Shown piece after piece: positions 1 to 20,874 of a DNA stretch of 64,000 bases. The notes beneath the pieces are model-generated. The model was not told the DNA's origin. It made no database searches and saw nothing but the letters and a program-made list of their open reading frames with translations. Positions within the stretch are counted from its first letter, which is position 1. Each line of letters begins with the position of its first letter. The translations under genes were made by a program, and so were the position numbers. Origin of the DNA: the human T2T-CHM13v2.0 reference genome, Homo sapiens; NCBI RefSeq assembly GCF_009914755.1, contig NC_060929.1; one strand, given 5' to 3'.

Positions 1-178
1 GTATGGACTTTAGTCAAAAATAACATATCAATATTGGTTCCCTACTTGTATCAAATATACCACACTATTGCAAATATTAATAATGGGGAAAATGTATGCA
101 GGGCAAAGGGCATCTATAAGAATTCTCTATAATATTGGCTCAATTTTTCTGTAAACCTAAAACTACTATTTAGGTTTA

Positions 179-547
179 TGTATTAGTCTGTTATTGCATG
201 GAACTACCTGAAACTGGGTAATTTACAATGAAAAGAAGCTTAATTGGCTTACAGTTCTGCAGGCTGTACAGGAAGCATGGCTGAGGAAACCTCAGGAAAC
301 TTACAATCATGGTGGAAGGTAAAGAGGAAGGAGTCACGTTTTACATGGCCAGAGTAGAAGACTAAAGTGGAAGGTGCTACACACTTTAAACAGCCAGATC
401 TCGTGAGAACGAACTCACTATCATGAGAACACCTAGGGGGATATCTGCCCCCATGAACCAGTCACCTCCCACCAGGCTCCTCCTCCAACACTGGGGATTA
501 CAATTTGACATGAGATTTGGGTGAGGACACAAATCCAAACCATATCA
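179..547 (-). mobile_element. MST-type (MaLR) solo LTR
   Basis: TG...CA ends; 5-bp TSD GTTTA at 174-178 and 548-552; the reverse complement begins TGATATGGTTTGGAT like MST/THE1 LTRs. Confidence 0.85.
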
Positions 548-744
548 GTTTATAAAGTCTATTAATTAGAAAAACTTACAAAAACTTAAAAATAAAGTCA
601 ATTTATTTTAAAAAATTAAATAAATGAACCGCCAACAAATATTATAAATTTAAGTAATAGATGTACTGTAGTTCATTATATTTTTCTCTATTTTTCTGTA
701 TGTTTGAAATTTTCATTTAGAAATGTTTTTATTAAATTTATTTA

Positions 745-1234
745 TTTTGAGGACAGGGTCTCACTGTGTTGCCCACACTGGAGTGCAGTGGCTTGATCTT
801 GGCTCACTGCAACCTTGACTTCCTAGTCTCAGGTGATCCTCCCACCTCACCTCCTGAGTAGCTGGGACTACAGGCATGAGCCATCATGCCTGGCTATATG
901 TTTCCATTTCTATTTATTTAATTTAAAAAATTCTTTCTTTCCTTAATTTTTGAGACAGGGTCTTGCTCTGTTGTCCAGGCTGGAGTGCAGTGGTGTGAAT
1001 ATGGCTCACTGCAGCCTCTATGTCCTGGGCTCATGAGATCCCCCTGCCTCAGCCTCCTGAGTAGCTGGAATCACAGTCACAGGCCACCATGCCTGGCTAA
1101 TTTTTAAATTTTTTTGTAGAGATGGAATTTCACCATGTTGCCCAGGCTGGTCTGCAGCTCCTGGCCTCAAGCAATCTTCCCACCTCAGCCTCCCAAAGTG
1201 CTGGGATTACAGGCGTGAGCCACTGAACCTGGCC
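745..1234 (-). mobile_element. Alu monomer fragment (~745-895) plus old AluJ-like element (~945-1234)
   Basis: Reverse-strand Alu motifs (ggctggagtgcagtgg, cccaaagtgctgggattacaggcgtgagccac). Confidence 0.85.
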
Positions 1235-2622
1235 TAGAAATATGTTTTTAAAAAGAGTGCATAGTATAATTCTACTTATTTAAAAGTCTACAAAATACAA
1301 ACTAATTTATAGTGACAGAAAGCAGATCCATGGTTTCCTGAAGACAGTAGAGGCAGGAATGATTAAAAAGGAGAATAAAGAAACTTTGGTAAGGGACGCA
1401 TATGTTCATTATCTTGACTGTGGTGATAGTTCCATGGTTCACAGTTTCATACATATGTCAAAACGTATCAAACTGTATATTTTAAACATATACAGTTAAT
1501 TACATGTCAATTATACTCCAACAAAGATGTTAAAAAGTTAGGAAGGTACACTTCATTGATTATAAAACAGCAGGCTTTTGTAAAAAAGGAGAAATATGAA
1601 AACAAGAAACTATGGAAATGAAAAAGTTGATTACCCAAATAAAAACTCAATGCAAAGTCTACTATGCACTGAAGGAATGCACAGTGGCGTGAATCTTTCA
1701 AACATCAAAATTAGTAAATGAGAACATTTGCAAATAATTTTTCCAAAGCTTAAGGGGAAAATATAAGACAAAGAGTTGGGCATTGAAAAAAAATTTCCAA
1801 AAATAAAGAGAAAACCTTTAGAGTTTCTATGTCAAAAAAAAAAAATTATCTTCCAAAGAAAGAGAATGTGATTATCATCAACCCTAAATGTCAGAATACT
1901 GTGAGGTAACATTTACAGAACTCTGAGAGAAAAAGATCATAGACTGTAGCATTCTAAGCATAGTTAAATTATGGCACCTATGTGGCAACTGTGAATTTTA
2001 AAAGTTTTGCCTTAGAAATTATACACCCATGTATGATTTTGGGGGGTAGGGGAAACTGAGCAGTAGAACTTCTCAATCTCTAGCAGGAAGGGAGACAAAT
2101 AAAGAAAATTTGATCAATACAGCAAGACAGAAAAGAAAAAAAAGAAAACCTTACTTCCCTCCAGCTCACCCCCACTCTGCAAAAAGCAATAGGGACCAAA
2201 TAAAATACAAATACCACAACAAATGTGAATGTGTTAAATTTCTCTATAAAGAGACAAACATAATCAGATTGGGGCAAAAGAAAACATCACTAAATTATTG
2301 TTCAAAACAAAACACCTCAAACAAAAAGTCTTCACAATATAGAAAATAAAGAGATGAGAAAATATATGTCTAAGAAATACAAACAAAATTAAGTAGCAAT
2401 GGTAATATTAACTGCAAACACAGAATTCAAGGTAAAAATGATTAATTAGAACTGAAAAGGATAAAATATTCACATCACAGTAAAGTTCTATGGGGTAAGA
2501 GGATGCTTACATGTCAAACAACAGCAGCAAAAAATTAAGTGGTCAATAAAAGGCATAATCTGAATAATATAATTTATAAATTTTATTTCATACTCAGGTA
2601 TACAACTTCATATGCTATGAAG

Positions 2623-3144
2623 CAGTGGTCCCAGTCCTTTTTGGCACCAGGGACTGGTTTTGTGGAAGACAATTTTTCCATGGACTGTGGAGGGGGATGG
2701 TTTTGCGATGATTCAAGTGCATTACATTTATTGTGTACTTTATTTCTATTATTATTACATTGTAATATATAATTAAATAATTACACAACTCAACATAATG
2801 TAGAATCAGTGGGAGCCCTTAGCTTGTTTTCCTGCATCTAGAGAGTTCCATCTTAGGATGGTGGGAGACAGTGACAGATCATCAGGCATTAGATTCTCAT
2901 AAGAAGCACGTGACCTAGAACTCGCATGTGCAGTTCACAATAGGTTCACTCTCCAATGAGAAGCTAACGCTGCCACTGATCTGAAAGGAGGTGGAGCTCA
3001 GGCAGTAATGTCAGTGATGGAGAGTGGCTGTAAACACAGATGAAGCTTCACTTGCTAGCCTGCCGTTCACCTCCTGCTTTGCGGCCTGGATCCTAATGGG
3101 CCATGAACCTGTACTGGTCCATGGCCTGGGGGTGGGGACTCCTG
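2623..3144 (-). mobile_element. MER1A-like hAT/Charlie non-autonomous DNA transposon
   Basis: CAG...CTG terminal inverted repeats; ~520 bp; degenerate 8-bp TSD CTATGAAG/CTATAAAC; matches remembered MER1 consensus. Confidence 0.8.
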
Positions 3145-5282
3145 CTATAAACAGTACACATTCTTTTCAAATGTTCACGGAACCCCCATAAAAGTTAACC
3201 ACATATTTGAATTAGGGAGGCAGAGCAAAATAGCAGAATAGAAGCCTCCACCAATCATCCCCAAACACAAGTTAACAACTATCTACACAGAAAAAAAATA
3301 CCTTCATAAGAACCAAAAATCAGGTGAGACTCATAGTACCTGGTTTTAACTTCACACCACTGAAAGAGGCACAGAAGGGATTAAAAAAAAAACAAAACAC
3401 AGAAAAGCAAAAAACAGTCCTGAATCACTAAGGCCACCCCTCCCCTACACCCCAGAAGTGGCAGAGTGGGGCAGAGAGCATCTCTGGGCACTGAGGGAGG
3501 GAGAACACAGCAGTTTTGAGGCACTGAACTCAGTGCTGTCCTGTTAGAGCAGAAAGGAAAACCAGACTAAACTCAGTTGATGTCCAGCCACGGAGGGAGC
3601 ATTTAAATTAGCCCAAGCCAGAGGGGAAATGCCCATTCCATTGGTCCGAATTTGAGTTTCTGCAAACCTCGCCACTGAGGGCTACAGTGCCCTCTGTCTC
3701 CAGGTAAACTTGAAAGGCAGTGTAGGCCTTAAGGACTGCAACCCTTAGGTGAGTCCTAGAGCTGAACTAGGCCCAGAGACAGTGGACTGCGTGGGCACAT
3801 GACATACTGAGACCAAAGTTGGGGCAGCCAAAGGTATGCTGGCATCACCCTCACCTAACCCCATGCTGCACATCTTGAGGCTCCAAAAGAGACCCCTTCT
3901 TTTTGCTTGAGGAGAATAACAGCTCAACCACAGCAAGACAGGACACTGGTCAGAGTCATGAGGGCCCCATTCCAGGCCCTAGTTCCCAGATGTCATTTCT
4001 AGACATACTCAGAGCCAGAAGGGAAACCCCTGCCTTGAAGGACAGGACTCAAAAACTGGCAGCATTCATCACCTGCTAACTGAAGAGCCCTTGGGACCTG
4101 AACAACCAGCAGTGATACACAGGTACTACATCAAGGGCCTTGCGTGAGCCTCTGAGACTTGCTGGCTTCAGGTGAGACTCAGCACATTATCAGCTGTGGT
4201 GGCTATGGGAAAAAACTCCCTCTGTTTGACAAAAGCAGAGAGAAAACTAAAGGGGACTTTGCCTTTCACCTTAGGTATCAGCACAGGCATAGGAGGATAG
4301 AGCACCAAGTGAGCTCTTGGGGTCCCTGATTCCAGGATATGACTCTTGGATGGCATTTCTGGACCTGCCCTGGGCCACAGAGGAGCCCACTGCCCTAAAG
4401 GGTGGGTCTCAGGCCAGGCAGCATCCACCACAAACTGACTTAAGAGACCTTGTGCCTTAAGGGGCATTAGCAGTGTTCTGGCAGTACTCTTTGTGACCTG
4501 GGGTGGTGGTGGCTATGGAGTCAGGCTCCTCTGTCTTTGAAAAGGGGAGGGAAAAGTGGGAAGGACTGCATCTTGTGGTTTGAGTGCCAGCTCAGCTGCA
4601 GTGCAATAGAACATCAGGTAGACGTCTAAGGTTTTTGACTCTAGTCCCTGACTCCCAGATGGTACCTCTAGACCCACCCAGGGCCTGGGGGACCTCACTG
4701 CCCTGAAAGGAAGGACATAGGCCTGGCTGGCTTTGCTACTGGCTGATTGTAGAGTCCCAGGGCCTACAGCAAACATAGGCAGTAGCCAGGAAGTGAATAT
4801 AGCAGGCATTGTGTGAGACCAAGTGCCATGCTGGGTTCAGGTCTGACCCAGCACAGTCATGGTAGTTGTGGCCACAGGGGTGCTTGGGTTACTTCACCCT
4901 AGCTTTAGGTGGCTCAGAACACAGAAACAGACTGTTTGAGGGAAAGTAAAGGAAGAGAACAAGAGTCCTAGCCTGGTAATCCAGAGAATTCTCCCATATC
5001 TTGTCCATGACCATCAAGGCGGTACCTCTATGAGTCTGCAAGAACCACAGCATTACTGGGCTTGGAGTGCCCTCTAAAGCAGATATAGTTTAGATTATAA
5101 CACCAAAGTCCTTTCAAATATCTGGAAAACCTTCCCAAGAAGGACGGGTACAAATAAGCCCCGACAATGAAGCCTACAATAAATACCTAAGTCATCAATG
5201 CCCAGACACTGAAGAACATCTACTAGCATCAACACCATCCAGGAAAACATGACCTCACCAAATGAACTAAATAAGGCACTAA

Positions 5283-8866
<3,584 letters not shown>

Positions 8867-9699
8867 AATAGTTATTGGCTGTAAAGATGAGACAGAGGAA
8901 GAGATAGGGGTAGAAAGTTTATTGAATGGGATAACAGAGAACTTCTCAAACTTAGATATCGCTATCCAAGTACAAGAAGCTTGTAGAACACCAAGTACAT
9001 TTAACCCAAAGAAGACTACCTTAAGGCATTTAATAATAAAACTCCCAAAGGTCAAGGATAAAGTAACAATCCTAAAAGCAGCAAGAGAAAATAAACAAAT
9101 AACATACTATAGAGCTTCAATACATCTGGCAGCAGACTTTTCAGTGGAAACCTTTTCAGGCTAGGAGACAGTGGTATGACATCTTAAAAGTGCTGAAGGA
9201 AAAAAAACTTTTATCTTAGAATAACATATCTGGCAAAAATGTCCTTCAAACATGAAGAAGAAATAAAAACTTTCCCAGACAAACAAACACTGAGGGATTA
9301 AATCAACACTAGACCTGTCCTATAAGAAAAGCTAAAGGGAGAACTTCAGTCAGAAAGGAAAGGATGTTAATGAGCAATAAGAAATAATTTGAAGGTACAA
9401 AACTCACTGGTAATAGCAAGTACACAAAAAAATAGAAAGTGAAAAAGTAGGCGGGGGGGATGAAGTTAAAACAGAGTTTTTATCAGTTTTCTTTTTGCTG
9501 TTTATTTGTTTACACAGACAGTGTTAAGTTGTTATCAGGCAAAATAATGGGTTGTAAGAGTATCTACAAACCTCATAATAACCTCAAACCAAAAAACATG
9601 CAATGAATACACAAAAAATAAAAAGCAAGAAACTAAATCACATCCCCAGAGAAAATCATTTTAACTAAAGGAAGACAGGAAGGAAAGAAAGAAGGAAGA

Positions 9700-10062
<363 letters not shown>

Positions 10063-10539
10063 TTACTTATTAATGATAACATTAAATATAAATGGACTAA
10101 ATTCTCTAATCAAAAGCCATAGACTGGCTGAATGTATGAAAAACCAAGACCTATTTATCTGTTACCTACAAGAAACACACTTTACCTATAAAGACACACA
10201 TAGACTGAAAGTGAAGGGATGGGAAAAGATATTCCATGTTAATGGAAGCCAAAAAAGAGCAGGAATAGCTATACCTATACTGAACAAAATAGATTTCAAG
10301 ACAAAAAGTATAAGAGACAAGGTCACTGTATAATGACAAAGATGTAATTTCAGTAAGAGGATATAACAATTTTAAATGTATGTGCAACCAACACTGCAGC
10401 ACCCAGATATATAAAGGAAATATTATTAGAGCTAAAGAGAGAGATAGGCCCCAATATAATAATAGTTGGATACTTTGACACCCCACTTTTGGCATTGGAC
10501 AGATCTTCCAGACAGAAAATCAACAAAGAAACATCAGAC

Positions 10540-11535
10540 TGTGAAAGGAAAACATCCTGGGTCCTTTCAAGCTGGGAACCACTCAGGGCAAATCTGCCTC
10601 TCATTCTATTCAAGTCATCCCTTTGCTCACAGAGATAGATACATATTCTGATTGCCTTCTTGGGAAAGACTTATCAGAAACTCAAAAGAATGCAACCATC
10701 TGTCTCTCACCTACCTGTGACCTGGAAGCCCTCAGTTGGGGGGGGCCTTACTTTGAGCTGTATCTGCCTTTCTGGATGGAACTGATGTACTTCTTATTGA
10801 TTTGTTGTACCTGAGCGAGTTAGAAAAATGCCACATTTTGAGACGAATTAAGAGTCCTTTATTAGCCAGTGACCAAGAGACAGCTAATGCTCAAAATTCT
10901 CTCGGCCCTGAGGAAGGGGCTTGATTAACTTTCATACCTTGGTTTAGGAAGGGGAGTGGGGGGGCGGGTGTCTAGTTAGAACAATTTTACAGAAGTAAAG
11001 TAGGCAAAAAGTTAAAAGGATAAATGGTTACAGGAAAGTAAACAGTTCCAGGTGCAGGGGCTTTAAGACTATTACAAGGTGAAAGACGCGGGGCTTTGGG
11101 CATTATCAATCAGATGAATTCCTGGGAACTGCGGATATAGCTTGCCACAGTATCTTATCGGTTAATTGCATTCTTGGATGTGCTGGGAGTCAGCTTGCAC
11201 AAGTTAAGTCCTTGAGGAAGGGGCTGCCAGTGAAAGAGCCAAGATGGAGTCTGTCTGGTTCTCTTAGCTAAGGGAGAGTCCATTCAGGTGGAAACAAGGC
11301 TAAGTGATTAAAGGAAAAAGGGAGAGTCTAAAAACAGGGTTAGTAAAAGTGAGGTTGGGCATTACAGATTGATGTCTTATGTCTCCCTAAAATGTAAAAA
11401 ACCAAGCTGTGCCCTGACCACCTTGGGCACATGTCATCAGGACTTCCTGAGGCTGTGTTATGGATGCATCCTCAACCTTGGCAAAATAAACTTTCTAAAT
11501 TAACTGAAACCTGTCTCAAATTTTCGGGGTTCACA
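10540..11535 (+). mobile_element. MER4A-family ERV1 solo LTR, split by LTR6
   Basis: TGTGAAAGGAAAA...GGTTCACA ends; 4-bp TSD AGAC at 10536-10539 and 11536-11539. Confidence 0.85.
10803..11366 (-). mobile_element. LTR6A-like (HERV-S71) solo LTR
   Basis: 564 bp, TG...CA; 4-bp TSD GATT at 10799-10802 and 11367-11370; the reverse complement starts TGTAATGCCCAACC. Confidence 0.75.
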
Positions 11536-12490
11536 AGACTTAATCTGCACTGCAGACCAAATCGATCTAATAAATATTTACAGAACATTTCATCTAAGAG
11601 CTGCAGAATATACATTCTTTTCCTCAGCACATGGATATTCTCAGGGATAGACTATACAAAACAAGTCTTAAAACATTAACAAAAATTGAATTAATATCAA
11701 GCATCTTCCCTGACCACAGTGGAATAAAACTAGAAATTAATAACAAGAGGAATTTTGGAAACTATACAAATACATGGAAATAAAACAATATTCTCCTGAA
11801 TGACCAGTGGGTCAATGAAGAAATTAAGAAGGAAATTTAAAAATTTCTTGAAACAAATAATAATGGAAACATAATATATCAAAACCTAAGGGATATGGCA
11901 AAAGCAGTACTCAGGTAAGTTTACAGCTATAAATGCCTACATCAAAAAAGAGGAACTTCGTATGAACAATTTAACAGTGCATCTTAACTAGAAAAGCAAG
12001 AGCAAAGCAAGCCCAAAATTAGTAGAAGAAAAGAAATAATAAAGATCAGAGAAGAAATAAATGAAATTGAAATAAAAAAATACAAAAGATTAATGAAACA
12101 TAAGGTTGTTTTTTGGAAAAGTTAAACAAAGACACACAAAAAAAGAAAACTAAAGGCCAATATCTCTGATGAATATTGATGCAAAAATTCTCAATAAAAT
12201 ACTAGCAAACTGAATTCACCAATACATTAGAAAGATCACTCATCATGACTAAGTGGGCTTTATCCCCGGGATGCAATGATGCTTCAACATACGCAAATCA
12301 ATCAGTGTGATACATCATATCAACAAAATGAAGGACACAAACCATATGATCATTTCAATTGATGCTGAAAAAGGGCTAGGTAAAATTCAACATTTATTTG
12401 TTTTAAAAACCCTAAAAATAACTGGGTATGGAAGAACATACCTCAACATAATAAAAGCTGTATATGACAGATCCATAGCTAGTATCATAC

Positions 12491-13465
<975 letters not shown>

Positions 13466-15690
13466 ACACCAAATGGGGGAAAATTGAAAGCTTTTCCTCT
13501 AAGATCTGGAACAAGATAAGGATGATGCCCATTGTCATCACTGTTTTTCAGCAGTAATAGACATCCTAGCTAGAGCAATCAGATAAGAGAAAGATATAAA
13601 AGGCAACCAAATTGGAAAGGATGGAGTCAAATTAGCCTTGTTTGCGGATGATATGATCTTATATTTGGAAAAACCTAAAGACGCGACAAGAAAACTATTA
13701 AAACTATTAAACTAGAAAAGCATGAGCAAACCAAGCCCAAAATTAGTAGAAGAAAAGAAATAATAAAGATCAGAGAATAAATAAATAAAATTGAAATAAA
13801 AAAATACAAAAGATCAATGAAACACAAGGTTGGTTTTTTTAAAAGTTAAACAAAATTGGCAAAACTTTAGCCAGACTAAGAAAAAAAGAGGGAAGATAAA
13901 AGAGAGAAGATAAACAACTTCAGTAAAGTTGCAGGATACAAAAGCAACATACAAAAGTCACTAGCATTTCAATATGACAATATTGAACAATGTGAAACAG
14001 AAATTTTTAAAGTAATTCCACTTATAATAGCCACACATAAAATTAAATACCTAGGAATTAACCAAAGAAGTGAAAGATTTCTATAATGGAAAGTATAAAA
14101 CAGTGAAGAAAGAAATTGAAGAGGACACCAAAAAATTGAAAAATTATCCATGTTCATGGACTGGAGGAATCAATATTGTTAAAATGTCCATAATACCCAA
14201 AGCAATCTATAGATTCAATGCAATCCCTATCAAAATACTAATGACATTCTTCACAGAAACAGAAAAAAAAAAAATCCTAAAATTTATATGGACCCACAAA
14301 AGGCCCAGAATACCCAAAGCTATCCTAAGCAAAAAGAACAAAACTGGAAGAATCACATTACCTGATTTCAAATTATACTACAGAGCTATAGTAACCAAAA
14401 CAGCATGGTTCTGACATAAAAACAGACACATCAGCCAATGAAACAGAAAAGAGTACCAAGAAACAAATCTGCACACCTATAGCGAACTAATTTTTGACAA
14501 AGGTGCCAAGAACATACACTGGGGAAAAGACAGTCTATTCAACAAATGGTAATGGGAAAACTAGATATCTATATGCAGAAGAATGAAAGTAGACCCCTAT
14601 CTCACACCATATACAAAAATCAAATCAAAATGGATTAAAAACTTAAATCTATACTTCAAACTATTAAACTACTACAAGAAAACATTGGGGAAAATCTCCA
14701 CGACATTGATGTGGGCAAAAATTTCTTGACCAATATCCCTCAAGCACAGGTAACCAAAACAAAAATGGACAAATGGGATCACATCAGGTTAAAATGCTTC
14801 TGCACAAAGGATACAATCAGTAAAGTGAAGAAAAAAACACAGAGAACGGGAAAAAATATTTGCAAATTACCCATCTGACAAAGGAATAATAACCAAAATA
14901 CGTAAGTGCTCAAACTGCTCTATAGGAAAAAAAATACAATAATCTAATAAAAAATGGGCAAAATATTTGAATAGACATTTCTCAAATGAAGACATAGAAA
15001 TGGCAAACAGGCATATGTAAAGGTGCTCAGTATTTTTGATCATCAGAGAAATGCAAATCAAAACTATAATGAGGTATCATCTCCCCCAGTTAAAATGGCT
15101 TATATCCAAAAGACAGGCAATAACAAATGATGAAGAGGATGTGCAGAAAAGGGAAACCTTGTACTCTCTTGGTGGGAATGTAAATTAGTACAGCCACTAT
15201 GGAGAACAATTTGAACGTTCCTCAAAAAACTAAAAATTGAACTACCATATGATCCAGCAATCCCACTGCTGGGTATATACCGAAAAGAAAGGAAATCAGT
15301 ATATCAAAGAGATATCTACACTCCTATGTTTGTTGCAGCATTGTTTACAATAGCTAAGATGTGGAAGCAACCTAAGGGTCTATCAACATATGAATGGATA
15401 AAGAAAATATGGTGCATATTCACAATGGACTACTATTCAGCCATAAGAAAGAATGAGATCCAGTTATTTGCAACAACATGGATGGAACTGGAGAACATTT
15501 TGCTAAGTGAAATAAGCCAGACACAGAAACACAAATATCACATATTCTCACTTATTTGTGGGATCTAAATATCAAAACAATTGAACTCGTGGACATAGAG
15601 AGTAGAAGGATCATTACCAGAGGCTGTGAAGGGTGGTGGGGGGTCAGCAGGGGGAGGTGGGGATGGTTTATGGGTACTAAAAAAACAGAA

Positions 15691-15995
15691 GGCCGGGCAC
15701 GGTGGCTCACACCTGTAATCCCAGCACTTCAGGAGGCCGAAGTGGGCGGATCACAAGGTCAGGAGTTCAAGACCAGCCTGATCACCACAGTGAAACCCTG
15801 TCTCTACAAAAAATACAAAAATTAGCCGGGTGTGGTGGCGTGCACCTGTAATCCCAGCTACTCAGGAGGCTGAGGCAGGAGAATCACTCGAACCCAGGAG
15901 GCGGAGGTTGCAGCAAGACGAGATCACGCCACTGCACTCCAGCCTGGACTACAGAGCGAGACTCCGTGTCACAAAAAAAAAAAAAAAAAAAAAAA
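15691..15995 (+). mobile_element. AluS in the L1MA 3'UTR
   Basis: GGCCGGGCACGGTGG start and long poly(A). Confidence 0.9.
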
Positions 15996-16057
15996 TAGAA
16001 AGAATGAGTAAGACCTAGTACTTGATAGCACAACAGGGTAACTACAGTGAATAATAA

Positions 16058-18368
<2,311 letters not shown>

Positions 18369-18734
18369 GTCAGAAACAGTATAGCTATTATAACATCGTT
18401 TTGGCGGTTTTAATCAATGTAATGAGGAAAAAGAATAAAGGCAGGAGAGGGAGGGAAGAAAATGTATCATTACATTATCAGGAAGGAAAAGATAATTACA
18501 TTAGTTTGCAGGTGAAATGACTGCCTACCCAAGAGAACCAACAGAAAACTGTTGGAATTTAAGTTGAAAAATGTGGTTAGTTCAAGGTATGAACTAAAAC
18601 AATTTTTCAATATAATAGCAATAATCATAAGATGGGAAAATGAACATTCACAACAGCAACTCAAAATGCCAAGAATTAAAATAGCAAGAATGAAACAACA
18701 AAACTCTATTAAAAGATGAAAAAGATCAGTTAAC

Positions 18735-19331
18735 TAGAGCTCTAATGGCTTTGTACTGTATCAACTCAGCTAACTCGGACTTAAAAACATTTCCCAGAAT
18801 TCCCTTCCTTATATAGTTCTGGGTACTGTTGGCTATAGGAGACATTATATGGAACTCACAAATGAAGCAAGTCATATTTTTTACACCGTGAAGGTCAATG
18901 GAGAGCACACTGTGAAGTTTGCATGTGCTGCCGATCTGTTAGCTCACCTTGCTGGCATGGGGAAGAAGCTGGACCTGCAGCTCCTTCAACTCCCATCAGA
19001 CCTTCTCTCCACTTCTCCAAATCCTGGGCCCACAAGTGCAGCTCTAACATCGAAAGTGTCATCCTCTCCTGCAGGTTACTCAAGCATCAAAACTAGGGTT
19101 GGTGAGAGGCTGATGCAGGTTCCGTTTTGTTCCCAAGGGTTTCAGTTTGTCTTTTCTCTCATCCACATCCAGTATCCCTGTCTGACTGCCAGTCTAGTAG
19201 ATCTGCAGCAACTTCAGGCTGAACAAGAGACTCAGAGGCAAGTCTGCAGACCGCTCTGCCACCTCCCACAATTCCATAGGTCTTTAGCTCACAAAGTAGT
19301 TCTGCTTCTTTGATGGATCCTAACTGATACA
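18735..19331 (+). mobile_element. Probable ancient MLT2/ERVL-like LTR
   Basis: Ends in ...cctaactgataca, like MLT2 LTR termini; very diverged, boundaries approximate. Confidence 0.4.
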
Positions 19332-19742
19332 AAAGCCAGACCTTTTTTTTTTTTTTTTTTTTTTTTTTTTGCATAAGAAGACAACACTGATGGTGTTATT
19401 CTCTCCAAATTAATCTATAAATTTAATGCAATTTTAATCAAAATCATAAAGGGATTTTCTTCTAGGAACTTCACAAAATAATTTTAAATTTCATTTGAAA
19501 GAGTACATGCTAATAAACTTTTGAAAAAAAAGTAGCATAATGTGAGTACATAAAGGTGAATACAAAATCGAGAACCAGACCCAGTACGTATATGGTGGGG
19601 AGAAATGTGTACATAATTCTGAATTGGTAGAGGAATGATGTAATATTTGACCCAGATCTCGTTATCAGCTATGGTTCCAAGTGCAAGGAAGGGCAAAAAC
19701 AGTTTTGTATAAGTAAAAAAAAAAAAATATTAAAATTTTTGA

Positions 19743-20567
<825 letters not shown>

Positions 20568-20724
20568 CTATAAAAGATTCTTGGCAGTATTTGTTTCTTG
20601 CTCTCAATACAAAATTCGGAGCGAGGTAAAGTATGTGTCTGATTGGCTAAGTCTAGGTCATATGACCACACTCAAGCTGCAAGGCTGGAGAAGACAGAAG
20701 AGTATGTGGCCTTTTCAGTATATA

Positions 20725-20874
20725 CAGATGGTTTCAACCTACGATGGTTCAATTTATTATTTTTTTGACTCTACAGTGGGTTTGTGGGCGTTAATGTATT
20801 TTCAACTTATGTAATTTTTGACTTACGATGGGTTTATCAGGACATGGACACCATCATAAGTAAAGGAACATCTG
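20725..20874. mobile_element. MER47/Tigger5-like MITE
   Basis: CAGATG...CATCTG inverted termini, each flanked by TA (Tc1/mariner-type TSD); repeated ACTTACGATGG motif. Confidence 0.65.

Noticed and set aside
18849-19313. 154-aa plus-strand ORF
   Set aside because: No recognisable protein similarity, and it lies in probable ancient LTR-derived sequence.
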